DNA of 64,000 bases from Cetorhinus maximus (taxonomy: Eukaryota): contig NC_135894.1 in assembly GCF_964194155.1 (NCBI RefSeq), positions 434,001-498,000 of the forward strand. The letters are read 5' to 3'. Shown in pieces: positions 37,901 to 49,769 of the stretch. Position 1 is the first letter of the stretch, and every line of letters begins with the position of its first letter. A program made the position numbers and the translations under genes. The notes under the pieces are model-generated. The model was not told the DNA's origin, made no database searches, and saw nothing but the letters and a program-made list of their open reading frames with translations.

Positions 37901-39420
37901 GATTTTATAGACTCCATAACAGTTCCTACAGATTGGAGGTTAGTTAATGTAATCCCACTATTTAAATAAAGGGGGGGCGGGTACAGAGAAAAAAGAGGAG
38001 GATTATAGACCAGTCAGCCTGGCGCCAGTACAGGGGTTAATAATTCTATAGTCCATTAGACAAGATTTAATAACTGAGCACGTGGAAAATAGTTGCAGAT
38101 TCGTACAGGGTTAGCATGGATTTATAAATGGGAAATCATACTACTAAGAAGTCAAATCTACTGGAGATTTTTGAAGATACAACTAATGGCGTTGATGGGA
38201 TGTGGCACTGGATGTGGTACATTTGGAAATTCAGAAGGCATTCGACAAAGTCCCATATAAGAGATTGGCGTGTAAAATTAAAGTGAATGGGATTTGGCGT
38301 AGTGTATTGAGATTGATATAAAACTGGTTATCAGACAGGAAACAAAGTGTAGGAATAAACAGATCTTTTTCCGAGTGGTAGGTAGCGACTTGTGGGGTAC
38401 AGAAGGGGTAGGTGGTCGGACCCTAGTTATTCAAAATATATATTAATAATTTAGATGAAGAAATTAAATGTGATATCCCCAAATTTGCTGATGAAAGGAA
38501 GCTTTGGGGGAGGGTGAACTGTGAGCAGGATGCAGAGTTGCATCAGCGTGATTTGGACAACATGAATAAGTAGGCAAATGCTTTGTAGATAAAGAAAAAT
38601 GTGGATAAATGAGGTTATCCATTTTGGTAGCAAAAACTGGAAGGCAAATTATTAACTGAATGTTTATAAATTGGAAGAGGTCAATGTGCAACGAGACCTG
38701 GTTGTCCTTGTAAACCAGTCGCTGAAGTTCAGCATGCTGATGAAGCAGGCGATAAAGAAGACAAATGGTATGTTGGCATTCATAGATAGCGCAGTCGAGT
38801 AAAGGATGAGGGATCTATTGCTACAATTGGATAGCTCCTTGGTGAGACAACACCTGGAATATTTTGTAGCGTTCTGGTCTCCTAATCTGAGGAAGGATGC
38901 ACTTGCTATAGAGGCAGTGCAGCGCAGATTAACCCGACCGATCCTTCTGATGGCGGGACTGAAATATGATCAGAGATTAAGACGATTCGGATTAGATTCG
39001 CTGGAGATCAAAATAATGTGGAGTTCTCTTATAGAAAAGTATAATATTCAAACAGGATTAGACATGGTAGAAGACAGAATAATGTTTCCATGGAGGGGGA
39101 GTCCAGAACCAGGAGTCACAATCTGAGGATTTGGCTTAGATCGTTAAGACTGAAATGAGGAAAAATGTATTCACCCAGAGAGTGGTGAGCCAGTTGCATT
39201 CGTTGCCACAGCAAGTTGTTGAGACCAGAACATTCTATGCTTTCAAGACCGTATTAGATATAGCTATTTCGGCGAAAGGGATCAATGAGTATGGGGAGAA
39301 AGCGGGACCAGGCTATTGAGTTGGATGTTCATCCATGATCATAATGAAAGGCGTAGCAGGCTGGAGGGGCCGAATGGACTTCTCCTACTCCTAGTTTCTG
39401 TGCTTCTAGATTTCTATGAT
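34930..39420 (+). mobile_element. Near full-length CR1 LINE (5' UTR, ORF1 with Cys-rich finger, coiled coil and esterase-like domain, ORF2 APE-RT), decayed
   Basis: ORF1 starts at 35411 (VVCSS...HMCGKCLQLQLLE...; DSWMVCCLPEAKVKDVSEQL...IVAHIGAKNIG). ORF2 shows LKVLCLNTRS, PLGMSDHNVI, LKADKSP, DYRPVS, EIQKAFDKVPYKRL, PKFADE and LVRQHLEYFVAFWSP; tail tttctatg. Confidence 0.93.
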
Positions 39421-39740
39421 CCATTCTTTTTTTTTAGTTCATCATTTCGTATTATTTAATTCCCAACATTCCTTCCTTTGATCCTTGGTTTTGACCCGTC
39501 AAAGCATTTTTGTTGCTATTGTTATGCTTTGGAACGTTATTCCTCGAGCGATCATTCTGGCAGAGTATTCCGATTTGCACCATCCCCTGCTTATTGTATT
39601 ACTCCAGAATTGACTTTTATTCCCGTTATGTTTATTTGAAACAAGTCAAAGTCCCGTGGTTATTGGCGGTGGATCAAATAGAAAAATATCCTTTCTATCG
39701 ACATTATCCGCCTCCATAAAACTTAATCCTTGTTTTGCAG

Positions 39741-39894
39741 AGCTGAATTCAATACTCACACGTAAGATTATGTTGCGGAGGAAACAAACACAGCATAACA
39801 AATCATTCCTCATAGAGTGCATTTTCTGTTTCTAGCAAGAAGACCTGAGTCCCTCCTCTGTCCGCATTCAGATGTGACTACATTCCTCTTGTAA
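39741..39894 (+). pseudogene. Possible last two exons of the SRCR gene: 21-nt micro-exon 39741-39761 and terminal exon 39836-39894 (RRPESLLCPHSDVTTFLL*)
   Basis: ttttgcag|..C|gtaaga, a 74-nt intron, then tttctag| and an open frame to TAA; all phase 1. Confidence 0.35.
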
Positions 39895-40221
39895 TGCAGT
39901 TACCATAAATGTGAACAGTAAACTGGTAATGGAATATATAGGTTAGTGCAATAATTATTGCACAACTTTCTTGTTTTCATACTATATACATTGGACAAGA
40001 ATGGAAATATGCTGTAAGACTTCTTATAGTGAATTTTCTTATGGGGAGTAAGCCATACATAAAGCTCAAATGATTAGTTTATATACACGGTAATTCTATT
40101 TAACCTGACTCAACCGCCTGTTTTTAGTACACATTCAAGATCATCTCAAGAAAATCAATCAGCTTCGTAATATTATTGCTCCAATTATTAATTATCAATA
40201 ATGATAAAACACGTATTGTCG

Positions 40222-40247
40222 TTATTATTATTATTATTATTATTATG
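40222..40247. repeat. (ATT)n microsatellite
   Basis: Seen directly in the sequence. Confidence 0.9.
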
Positions 40248-40559
40248 GAAGGGTATGTTAATTGGCGTGAGATGAGAAGATATTTGAGGGTATCTCGAGC
40301 TAATCCTAATCTGTTTAATGTTATTCAAATAGAACGACCCTGTTAGATTGAAGTGTATTTATACAGGGTTGCATGGTTTTTGTTCAGCTAAGCTGCCTGA
40401 GACTGACTAATCACGAAGTTCTTGATTATTCAGCTCTCAACAGCAACACTTGCAGAGAATGTAATAGTTACAGTAACACCGCTGCCTTCTTCAGTCTGAT
40501 TATACGCCTGTCACTGTTGCATCGTTCAAATATACTTTCGTGGAACGCCTCTGGCAGAG

Positions 40560-40880
40560 GCAGAATTTATTGCTCATCGCTCTTAGATGAACCGTTTTGC
40601 TGCTGCAGCCCAAGTGATGTAAATACAACGTCGGTGTTGTCGGGGAGAAAGTGTGAATCCCAGGATTTTAGCACAGAATTAATGAAGGAATGACTGATAA
40701 ATTTCCAAGCCAGGATGATGTGTGATTTGCTGGGGAATTCACAGCTGTTAGAGTCATATGCAAATTTTGCCATTCTCCTTTTCGGCCTCCAATGACCTGG
40801 GTTTGCAATGTGCTCTACAAGCAGGCTTGGCGCCCAGATGAACATAATTTTGTAGACGGTACACATGGCGTTGAATATGA
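40560..40880 (-). mobile_element. LINE family B 3' fragment
   Basis: caggattttagcacag...gaaggaatgactgataaatttccaagccaggatg, as in the copies near 18600 and 25130. Confidence 0.7.
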
Positions 40881-40964
40881 CTATGTTGGGAGACCAAAAC
40901 ATACTTAGAGTTCTGTTTATAAAGTAGCGAGTGATTTGTACCTGTCCAACAGTCTAGTAGATGG

Positions 40965-41220
40965 AGCCGGGGCTGGACGTGGTGCAATGTTACTGTCACT
41001 GAACTGATGGTCAATTGCCTTGAACACCCATCTTGTTCACTAATGCACTTTAGGGAAGGTGATCTGCTGTCCTCATCTTGTCTGTCCTAGATGAGACTCT
41101 GTGCGCACAGCAATGTGTTTGGCTGATAAAAATTCCCTCTGAACAAGGGCAATTACGGATGGGCAATATATGCTGGCGAGCCGGTGCGCCCACAACCCCC
41201 GAAAGATTTAAAAAAAAAAA
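40965..41220 (+). mobile_element. tRNA-derived SINE (SlmI/MetaSINE-like core) carrying the LINE family B 3' tail and poly-A
   Basis: cccatcttgttcactaatgcactttagggaagg...cacagcaatgtg...aagggcaattacggatgggcaatatatgctggc...gcccaca followed by an A-run. Confidence 0.7.
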
Positions 41221-41859
41221 TCATCTCACGGTGATTTTATATTTCTTTGATGCGTCCATGAGAATGAGATAAACAGAACGCAATGTTGTTGGAGTAAGAT
41301 GCAAAGAAGCAGAACTAAGCTCGTGTGGACAATAAATATTTGCCTGGACCAGCTTTGTCGAACTGACTGCTGCTGTGCAATAAAAACTTGGCAACACGTT
41401 AGGAAAATTTACACATTATTCTACAACGTTCTGACAATTTCTGTAGTACTTGATATGCTGATATAAGCTTTAATAAAAAAACAAGAGGAGAAATCTGCTG
41501 AAAATAAGAGAAAGTTTCAAGTCACAGGAAAAAAAAAATATTTTCAGGATGATATCGTGTTAATTCTTTATTTTCCAGTTTATTTTGTGCGAAAAATAGG
41601 TCTACTGGTTTGGTTAAAAAGGTTCCGGGACATGGGAGGAAGCTTTCCTGTGGAAATAAAGGAGAGAGGGAATTTGCGAAAGAAAAGTGGAGATGGATAA
41701 TGCGATACGGGGAGGAATTAAGATACGGAAGGGCACAATCCCCCCGTCTTCTTATGACTCCATGCCAGAGGGGGGAATAAACAAAGGCTGAGACGGGGAG
41801 AGGGAGAGATTGCAAAATAACTAGAAATGGTGGGTGCAAGAGAGAGGTGGTCAGTAATA

Positions 41860-42290
41860 TCATTGTGCAGCATGTTGATCAATGCATATATTTGAGATCC
41901 ATTTGTTGCTTTCGGACGCTAAATCTTCCAGCGTCCTCATGAAAGAAGACATGGAGAGCATTCCGGCTTGGGCTGGTAATTGGCTAGTAACATTCACGCA
42001 ACATAATTGCCGGTAATGACCATCTCCAGAGAAAAGATCTATCGAGCTCTCGATGCTGTCTAATGAAATGATCATGGCAGAAATACCAATCTTCAGCATC
42101 CTCGCTTTGGAAAGTGCTGTCGAAATAGCGTAGGTGATTTGATGCAATGCATATTTATATTGGAAACACTGAAGCCACTGTGCGCCTGTGGGGTGAGGTT
42201 GAGTGTTTAAGGCTAAGCGTAATTGAAGTGGGATTATGTGCCTTCAAAACAATCCTGTACACTCCCTGCTGTAGCGACATCCCGACACTT
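41860..42290 (-). mobile_element. Rearranged LINE family B fragments
   Basis: Pieces in both orientations, e.g. ggcttgggctggtaattggctagtaacattcacgc on the plus strand flanked by minus-strand pieces. Confidence 0.5.
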
Positions 42291-43489
42291 TACTTTCTGT
42301 TTTGCAAAAGGCACTGAAGATTACAATTACCGGTGAACAACCTCACTGGTACCTAACGTTGGAGTGAAGGTATTTGATAAAGCATCTGATGATGGGTTGA
42401 CCTGAACAAGCTTAGAAACGCCGGAGGCCATGTCCTGGTCTGAGATGATCATCCGCCAATAAAGACATCAATCTTTTATTTTGTTTCCCCCGAGCCCGAA
42501 CCTTGAAGGTCTTACCTTTACCTTCAAATGACTTCAAATTGGAGCAGGACATTTGATGCTTTATTTTGTAATATGTTGTTTGTTTCTTTCTTTCCTAGTT
42601 TATGCTTTTACTTAATAACGTGCGTATTCATTCATTCATTCATTTGGTTAGCTAGTTAGTTAGGTATTAGAAGAATCATACGGAAAATTCAACTGTGCAA
42701 ATAGATATTTCAGGTGTTCATATTTACAGACTTTGTCCGTCCATCGTTTTTTTCTGAAGAGCCGTTATTATTTTCGAAGCGGATATGAGCTTCCAAATGT
42801 GCAAATCCTATTCCTGTGAGCAAGACAATATTAGTTTCCATTGATTTCGGTCGACAGTCCTGAGTCTTGATTACGCAGAAGAGGCCCAAACATATATTAA
42901 CACATTTCCTTTCACCCTAATTAAAATGTTTTTCTGCCAACGAATCATGACTTCATCTATTGCCGAATGGGCAGGTGTCTGAGTTAGGAGGTATTATATC
43001 ATGTCCGTGTCCACATCTTCTGCAATTTTTCTGATATTCCTTTGTGCCTATCGGCAATGCATGAATGTGGTAAATTACTCTTTAAGTAAGTAAAAAACAA
43101 AGGCAGTTTCATAGTGTTACAACAAAGCCAGTTATTGGAGATAAGCCAATTATAAAATTGAGGTGACGACTATTCGATATCTGCAGATATTACCATTCTG
43201 AAGTACATACCCTCGCAATCCAACCAGTTCAATAACTATCTGTTATTCCTCCTTTAAGCTCGATGATATCTCAATGTAATCTAACCTTTCTCATTTGTCC
43301 CCCACTCCCACCACCTCCCCTTCTTCCATCCCCACCGTTCCCCTCCGAAAGAGGTACCTGCATTCGCCTAAATGTATGAAATTTAATGCAGGGTATTGAC
43401 GACAATTAAATGATCGATATAGTGATCGATAATTTGCCCACTGGAAAGGAAAGATGGCTTGATTTCAGAATCCGAGGAGCTATTCATGG

Positions 43490-44360
43490 CAGTGATGGAG
43501 GTTGAACAAGGATTTAAGAAGATGTGAAGAAGGAGCAGGAGTGTAGCATTCCTCTCCTCAAGCCAGCCCTGCTTTTAAATAATATAATCACTGATCATTT
43601 TTTTTTATTGTTGATTCGTGGGATTTGGGCATCGCTGGCTGGGGCAGCATTTATTGCTCATCCCGAATTTCTCTTCAGAAGTTGGAAGTGAGCTGCCTTC
43701 TTGAACTGCTGTAATCCATATGGCATAGGAACACGCTTGAACGCAGATATAACAAGTGATGATTGAGGCAAATTGAGCATTTCTTCCAAGGAGAATGGAA
43801 TATAAAAGTAGGGAAGATTTATTCAAGCTGTACAAGCCCTTGGTGTGAGCTCACCTGGGCTGTGGTACGCATCTGCGTCTCTGAGTTTGTAAAAACAACG
43901 GTATATAATCACATTAGGAAGAGTTCAGGGAATTTTCACCCGACTTTCTATTGCGCTGAATTACATAATTTATGAAGAAATGTTGATCAGATTGTGTCTA
44001 TACTCATTTAAGCTGACATGAATGAGATCATATTGTTGAAACATCTCTGATCCTGCGGGGTCCTGACATGGTAGTCAACAGGATGACGTCTGCTCTTTCA
44101 GGTCGAAGACATTGAGCAGGCAAGAAATTTGGATAAGAGCGAGAAGCACTTCTTTTATCTCTCAAATATGTTTTCTTTGTGGCATTATCTTGTACAGAAA
44201 GCCGTGAAGTCTGGATCATTGAATTTATTCAAAGCTCATGTTGAATCGATTAATATTGATTTCAAATAGTCGTTTGTTCGTATATAACTTGAACATTACT
44301 GGAAAAAAAAACATGTCTAAGCTTTCTATCTTGCACTTATCAGGGCTCTTCAGAAGACAC
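43490..44360. mobile_element. Cluster of CR1 and LINE family B fragments in mixed orientation
   Basis: Reverse CR1 3' end (about 43530), reverse family B tail (43610-43720) and forward CR1 LYKPLV.AHL (43830). Confidence 0.6.
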
Positions 44361-44384
44361 CCAATGTAACGGGAAAATGATAAT

Positions 44385-44600
44385 TTACACTGTATTTGAA
44401 GAGTCTGATATGGGTTGGCAAGTTTCATTGCTATGGAGATAGCAGTGATGGACATACAAGTGGCATTGTTTGAAATTTCAGCCAGACAGCTTGACTCTGA
44501 TTGGTCAAGGCATTGCCCGGAGGAATGAGTCAGTGAATAGCTGTCACCTATTTTGTTTTACTTAAACAGACGATGTGTATACATGTTCTTTCTTTCAGCT
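44385..44600 (-). mobile_element. 3' fragment of a second Penelope-like family
   Basis: ctgattggtcaaggcattgcc..gtgaatagctgtcacctattttgttt; the minus strand resembles the end of a GIY-YIG ORF (KEHVYTS). Confidence 0.4.
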
Positions 44601-44604
44601 CAAC

Positions 44605-44830
44605 AAATGCAGTCGAACCAATTTCTTATCCAAGTGCCCAGTTTGTCCTTCATTCCATGACCTATAATTTTGCTCGCAACCTTGCTCTGTGGCACTGTCA
44701 CAAATGCCGTTTGGAAGTACGTATACACCACATCGAGAGAGTTCTGTTTATCAACCTTCTCTGGTACCTCCTCACAAAACTCCAGTAAGTAAGTTAAACA
44801 TAATTTTGCTTTCATTGATCCATGCTAGCT
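44605..44830 (-). mobile_element. CR1 RT fragment
   Basis: CLTYLLEFCEEVPEKVDKQNSLDVVYTYFQTAFVTVPQSKV. Confidence 0.85.
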
Positions 44831-45659
44831 TTTCCAAACCGATTCCACATCTTTCTCTTTCGAGCTAACTTCATACTGCAAAAATTGATATCCTTAACAA
44901 AGCATCCGCTCCACATTTCTCCAGCACCCCATCGCTTTTCCCTAGCTTTTGATCTTTTTTGAGAAATGTTATCTAGATTTAAATTATTAGGCCGAAGCCC
45001 TGGCAAACATACAACCATATATTTGTGATGGAGAACACAGCATATATGGTTATCTCTCTCTGTGCTATTAGGAATGTGTTTGTGCTTCCAGATATAGAGG
45101 TTTCAGCTGTCGATTATTTGTGATTTTTCTGCAGCTGTGCAATCACTTGCTTTATCGGTGCAATTTAAGCATGCAGGCTGTGTACATTCCTGCGACACTC
45201 TGTTCATTAATGGGAAAAAAAGATTGCCCTGCTCTAGTCTTTAATTCTATACATTTGCTTTACAAGTTATGATATTGTATTTTACCTTGCCCATCCCCCG
45301 GCAACACCACACACCCCCTCCGAACCCAATGTAGTTGAATGTAATTGCAATCTCCCTCGTTAGATGACTCACCAGAACGCTGGCCCCAGTGCGCTGAGGA
45401 GGTGAAATTGGTTTCCATGTTACAGCTCCCACTTCCCCAGTGCCTGTTCTTCTGAACCCAATTCTGCGACACCAGACTTTGCAACACACATTCAGATCTT
45501 CATATCTCTAATCTTATTTGCCTTTCACAATTACACTCACTGCTCAGGTAATAATTAAAAAGTTATTCACTCTGAGCTTTTATGTTTTTCTCCGCCCTCA
45601 GATGCTTATACTCCCCAAATGGGAACGTTTTGCTCGTGCTACCTCTGTCGTTCCTGCGC

Positions 45660-46900
45660 TCTTGCACCTGACAACTGGATCCCCACATTCCCCTCCATCA
45701 CTGACCAGTTGTCCCAAACCTTTATATCAGAATAGCACCTCCTGGGTGTTGGACCCGGGCTGCAGAGAACTCATCCTGTTCCCCAGACAACACTGTCTCT
45801 TATAACCACTGCTCTCCTAATAACCGCACACAGCACCGCCAACCCGCCCCCCCCACCCCTTTTGAATGGAATCATGTATCACGTTACCATGGTAATTTTC
45901 CTCATGTGCCCTGTATTACCCGCTCTCGCCTATACAAGTTGCGAAAACGGGAAATCTGTTGGACCATTGCAGGGCATTATGACCATCCACTTAGGCCATC
46001 TCATCCCACGGAATATTTTACTCCCAACCAACCTCTTCCCCTTTCCTTGACCATGGACCAAATCGTACGCCATTGCCCTATTTTGCCTGATTGACATCTA
46101 GAACGTTCTCCTTCCCTGATGCATTGAAAGTTTATTTGCTCGGTCTCCAGATCTCGCCACTTGTTTTCCAGAGAACTGTAGGTCCATTACAAATATAGAA
46201 CTGATGGACGATTTTGGAAAGTGTTTCAGGAGGGTGGTGTGGTCAGCCTGATGAAGCGATGCAATCAGGTCCAAAAGTTGTTCAGAAAATGTTGCAGTTG
46301 TCAAAATCATGTTTGATACCGTTTCTGACTTTGCAGAAGCCTTGTGAATTCTGTAGGAGGGGAATAAACCTCATTCCTGGGATTCAGGCATAGAGTTCTT
46401 TGAAAGGTAGGAACGGATTTTCGGACAACACCAACCTTGGGACTTAATAAGGGAAAGGGAGTTTGGAGATCTGACAGTAACTAGAAAGGACAGCGTTTTA
46501 AATTCACTTATTGTGATTTATACACTCATGTTGACAGGTTAGATTCCAGGCAAGAAAGACACATTAACTGAAGAGAGGGGAGCATTTACAATACAGGCAA
46601 GTGAGAAGAAACAGGATGGAATCAGGCAAATCCATATGAGGAGCCAATAAAGTGAGGTGCAAGGTCCATCGACACTTAAGTCAAGCTGGATATTGCTTTT
46701 TCAATTCGATTCCCTTCTCCATGCAGAAGTTCGAAATCTACTCCAACCCGGTGCGTCTTCTAAGAAAGTGGTCAGCGAGAGATTGGATTGGGGTGAGGTG
46801 GAGATCGTGAAATGGGGTGGCGGGAGAGAGAGTGAAATAGCGGCCATGGCTTTACAGGAACCAGATCGGATATAATTTGTTGCCAAGGTATTTAAAGCGA
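45660..46900. mobile_element. Old L2 fragments (plus strand about 45660-46060; minus strand about 46420-46900)
   Basis: Minus strand SYCQISKLPF at about 46440-46485 resembles L2 NYRPISNLPFLSK. Confidence 0.45.
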
Positions 46901-47253
46901 TTCACATGAAGCCCCTCCTTGAATAAAGAAAACAAATGCATTTATGCAAGAAACATTTTATGCACCTGAAATGTTTTGTTTGCTGAACTATTTGTATTAA
47001 GCAAATCTGTTTCTGAACATGTTGGAGCTGAAAAAATGGAACACTTATACAGGCTGAGTGCCTGTGGATGTTTTTTCCCTCGCTTGCCTGCAGTGGCCGA
47101 CCTGCCTGTACTACAGTCCACCTTATGTCCGTCCTCCAGCCTTCACCTTATTTCACAATGGTGCAGTGCTCCTTGTACTGTCCCTAATGAGAATCTCTGG
47201 AGAAGTATTCCATTGCTGGTTTAGAAACACTCGTGCAATTCACTGAGCTGTTG

Positions 47254-48150
47254 TTAGTTCTTTTCTTTACGAATTAATTGAATAGTTAATGAAACAGAAT
47301 ATTTCACCGCCCTCTTGAGATGATCTCTGAACTTGGAATGGTTTGCCCCATAAATAAACATGTTTGTGCAACAATTCAAATTCAACAGCATTGATGCGAC
47401 TTATTTCTATATACATTTGGAATCGTTAAAAATGTTGGGATTTTTCCATGTAATGTGATATTACATGAATACTATACCAATTAACAACCACTTGACAATG
47501 AAGCTGCTGGAAAGTTTGAGGAGTAAAATCATAGATTACCTTCTGCTCTCAATCTCTGTGTCACCTTGATTCTCTTCCTTGCTCTGATCTCACAGTCACT
47601 TACGGACTCGACTGGCCACTATAATGTGTTTGACTGTCAGAGCGTTCAGCAAGAGAATTAAAGCCAAGAGGAGCAATTGATTTAAAAACGTGACAAACAT
47701 GTGAAACTCCAACCTCCCACTTTCAGTGTAAACACTTGACTTCAGTTAGCAGAACCAAGGTAAATTTTCAATTATTTTTTCCAAGTTCATATGCAAAGTA
47801 AAAGGGGAGGCTCTTCAGAGGGAGCAAATTGAAAGTTATTGACAGAACCACAGCTGCAGTTTTCTCAGTGCAATATCTTCCTTTCAAACTCCGGCAGCAA
47901 ATACCCACAAATCGGTCAAAAGAGAAATTGACAATGAACCAGGCATAACAATATGTGGTTGCATGGCTCAGGTTAAAGTTGACATTTCACACAGGGATGA
48001 TGTTCAGGAAAGACTCTTGGAAATAATAATTATTGTTCTGATGCAGCATGATCAGCGGATCCGCCATTGCAATGGCCACCAGAGAGCGAGTGGGGACGTC
48101 GGAGACTACACCTTTTCCCAAAGATAGGATCGCAAATGTTAGGCAGTTAA
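47254..48150 (-). pseudogene. GPR139-like exon 2 (TM1 to C-terminus)
   Basis: aag| acceptor, then VNCLTFAILSLGKGVVSDVPTRSLVAIAMAD...WFIVNFSFDRFVGICCRSLKGRYCTEKTAAVVL (DRF at 47909-47917)...LALILLLNALTVKHIIVASRVRK...ESRR*SMILL...LLNLNCCTNMFIYGANHSKFRDHLKRAVKY; multiple stops. Confidence 0.9.
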
Positions 48151-48189
48151 CTTTAAGCGAAGGAAATGACGATAGGCTATAAATTAAAG

Positions 48190-48470
48190 GTCGAAATCCT
48201 CCTTGTGCACACTAGAGAGTAATGGCAGAATTTCAGCACCAGAAACGGATATGTGGGGTGCGAATCAGAAGTCGAAATGTTAACATCAAAAACTCGATTA
48301 CACACCAGCAACAAACATCACAGTACCTGCGATATGTGGGTGCGAACAGAATTCGGGCAAACAACTGCTCCCAGAATAATTTCTGCAATATTTCACATTG
48401 TAATGATATGGCGAGCCTCTGTTTTCATCTGTTTCGCAGGTATACGTTAACAATCCTCGTTTCTGTATCA
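48190..48470 (+). mobile_element. Very degenerate Penelope-like GIY-YIG endonuclease fragment
   Basis: The pattern EFQHQ..YVG...NIK...ANNCSQNNFCNI can be traced across frames. Confidence 0.35.
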
Positions 48471-49769
48471 GGCCCCACCTCCCTTGCAAATACACGCAGG
48501 CTTGGCTATTCTGACCACCACCCACACCCGGTCAGCACCTACTAACGGCACCCCACTCCTGCCCTCCAGGTGTTGGACTTCCCCAGGACTGGATCCTCGA
48601 TGGTATAAGACTACTCTAGCCCATTATTGGACTCACCTGATTCAGCTTCTCCATCGCGGGACTGTTACTATTCCCAGGTAAGGATCATTCCTTCTCTCTG
48701 CCGAACGCCGGTTCATAAAATCCCATGGTGCAACCAATCCCCGGGATTTCATCTTTACTGGAAGCTGACACATTCCAGATTGTAAAATTTTCAACGTTAA
48801 TCCTTGTGAAAAGTCAACTTTGTAAAGTAAATAAGTATCGTAAACTGGTATATGAACTGAGATAATGCAAACTCGAATTATGTCTCAAAATGGAGGATGT
48901 ATGTGCCTGAGAACTGCTGCCATTCTGGAGGAAATTTGGACCATTCGTTATTCCAACATTACTCAGCCCCGCCACCCACTCACAAATTAATACTTAACAT
49001 TTATGATTACACAGATACATTGTCCTTCTTCTTAGGCCTGGGAGCATTTCACTGTCTCATCACCTGCAATCAGAAATAATCTGGAAATTGGGATTTTTGG
49101 AGGTGAGGTTGCAAAAAAAACACCCTCAAAACACCAAAACCACCCTCCCGCGCCCCGTTTGCCAATTGAAACTGTAGAAACTTCAAACTACCCCGGAACA
49201 GGCCTTCTCTGGGGTTCCCACTTCCACGAATCGAACCATTACTGAGATAAGGCTATCCCCATGATCAGACATTCCCCAGAGCCAACCGTCACCCAGGACG
49301 AGAAAAATCGATGCAAGCGAACGATCTTCTTGGTCAATGAGCCGGGGAATTGACACCACCCAGATTCGGATCACTCTATTGCACTGTCCTTTCCCAGATT
49401 CAAAGCACCCCCAGGGTAAGAAAACACCAAAGGTTTTGACGCAAAATTCCTGCTCCCCCATGTCTGGACGTTCCACTTTCGGACGTTGGCAGTGCCGTTT
49501 CTCTTCTTGGAGCTTCCGTCTCACGAACAGAACCTCGTCCAAGCAATTAGACCGCCTACCAACACCCCACTACCAAACACATACACAAACTCCTTCAGGG
49601 ATCAAATAATTTTGAGGATTGCAGACACTTCTGGATCAGATCAATTATTCAGTATCGGATCAATTCTTCCCCTCCAATCTGCCATTCTTCTGGGCCTCCA
49701 ACCAAACATTTGACATCCAGGCGATCATAGCAAACATCTGCTATTTAATATTTCAGTCTCATACCCCAT

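Noticed and set aside
42380-42450. CTGATGA...GAAAC as a hammerhead ribozyme or C/D-box RNA
   Set aside because: Stems I and III do not pair, and there is no supporting terminal-repeat context.
47603-47632. Minus-strand ag|30 nt|gtaagt micro-exon or J-like segment
   Set aside because: It lies inside the GPR139-like coding exon (TVKHIIVASRVRK); the splice-like signals are coincidental.
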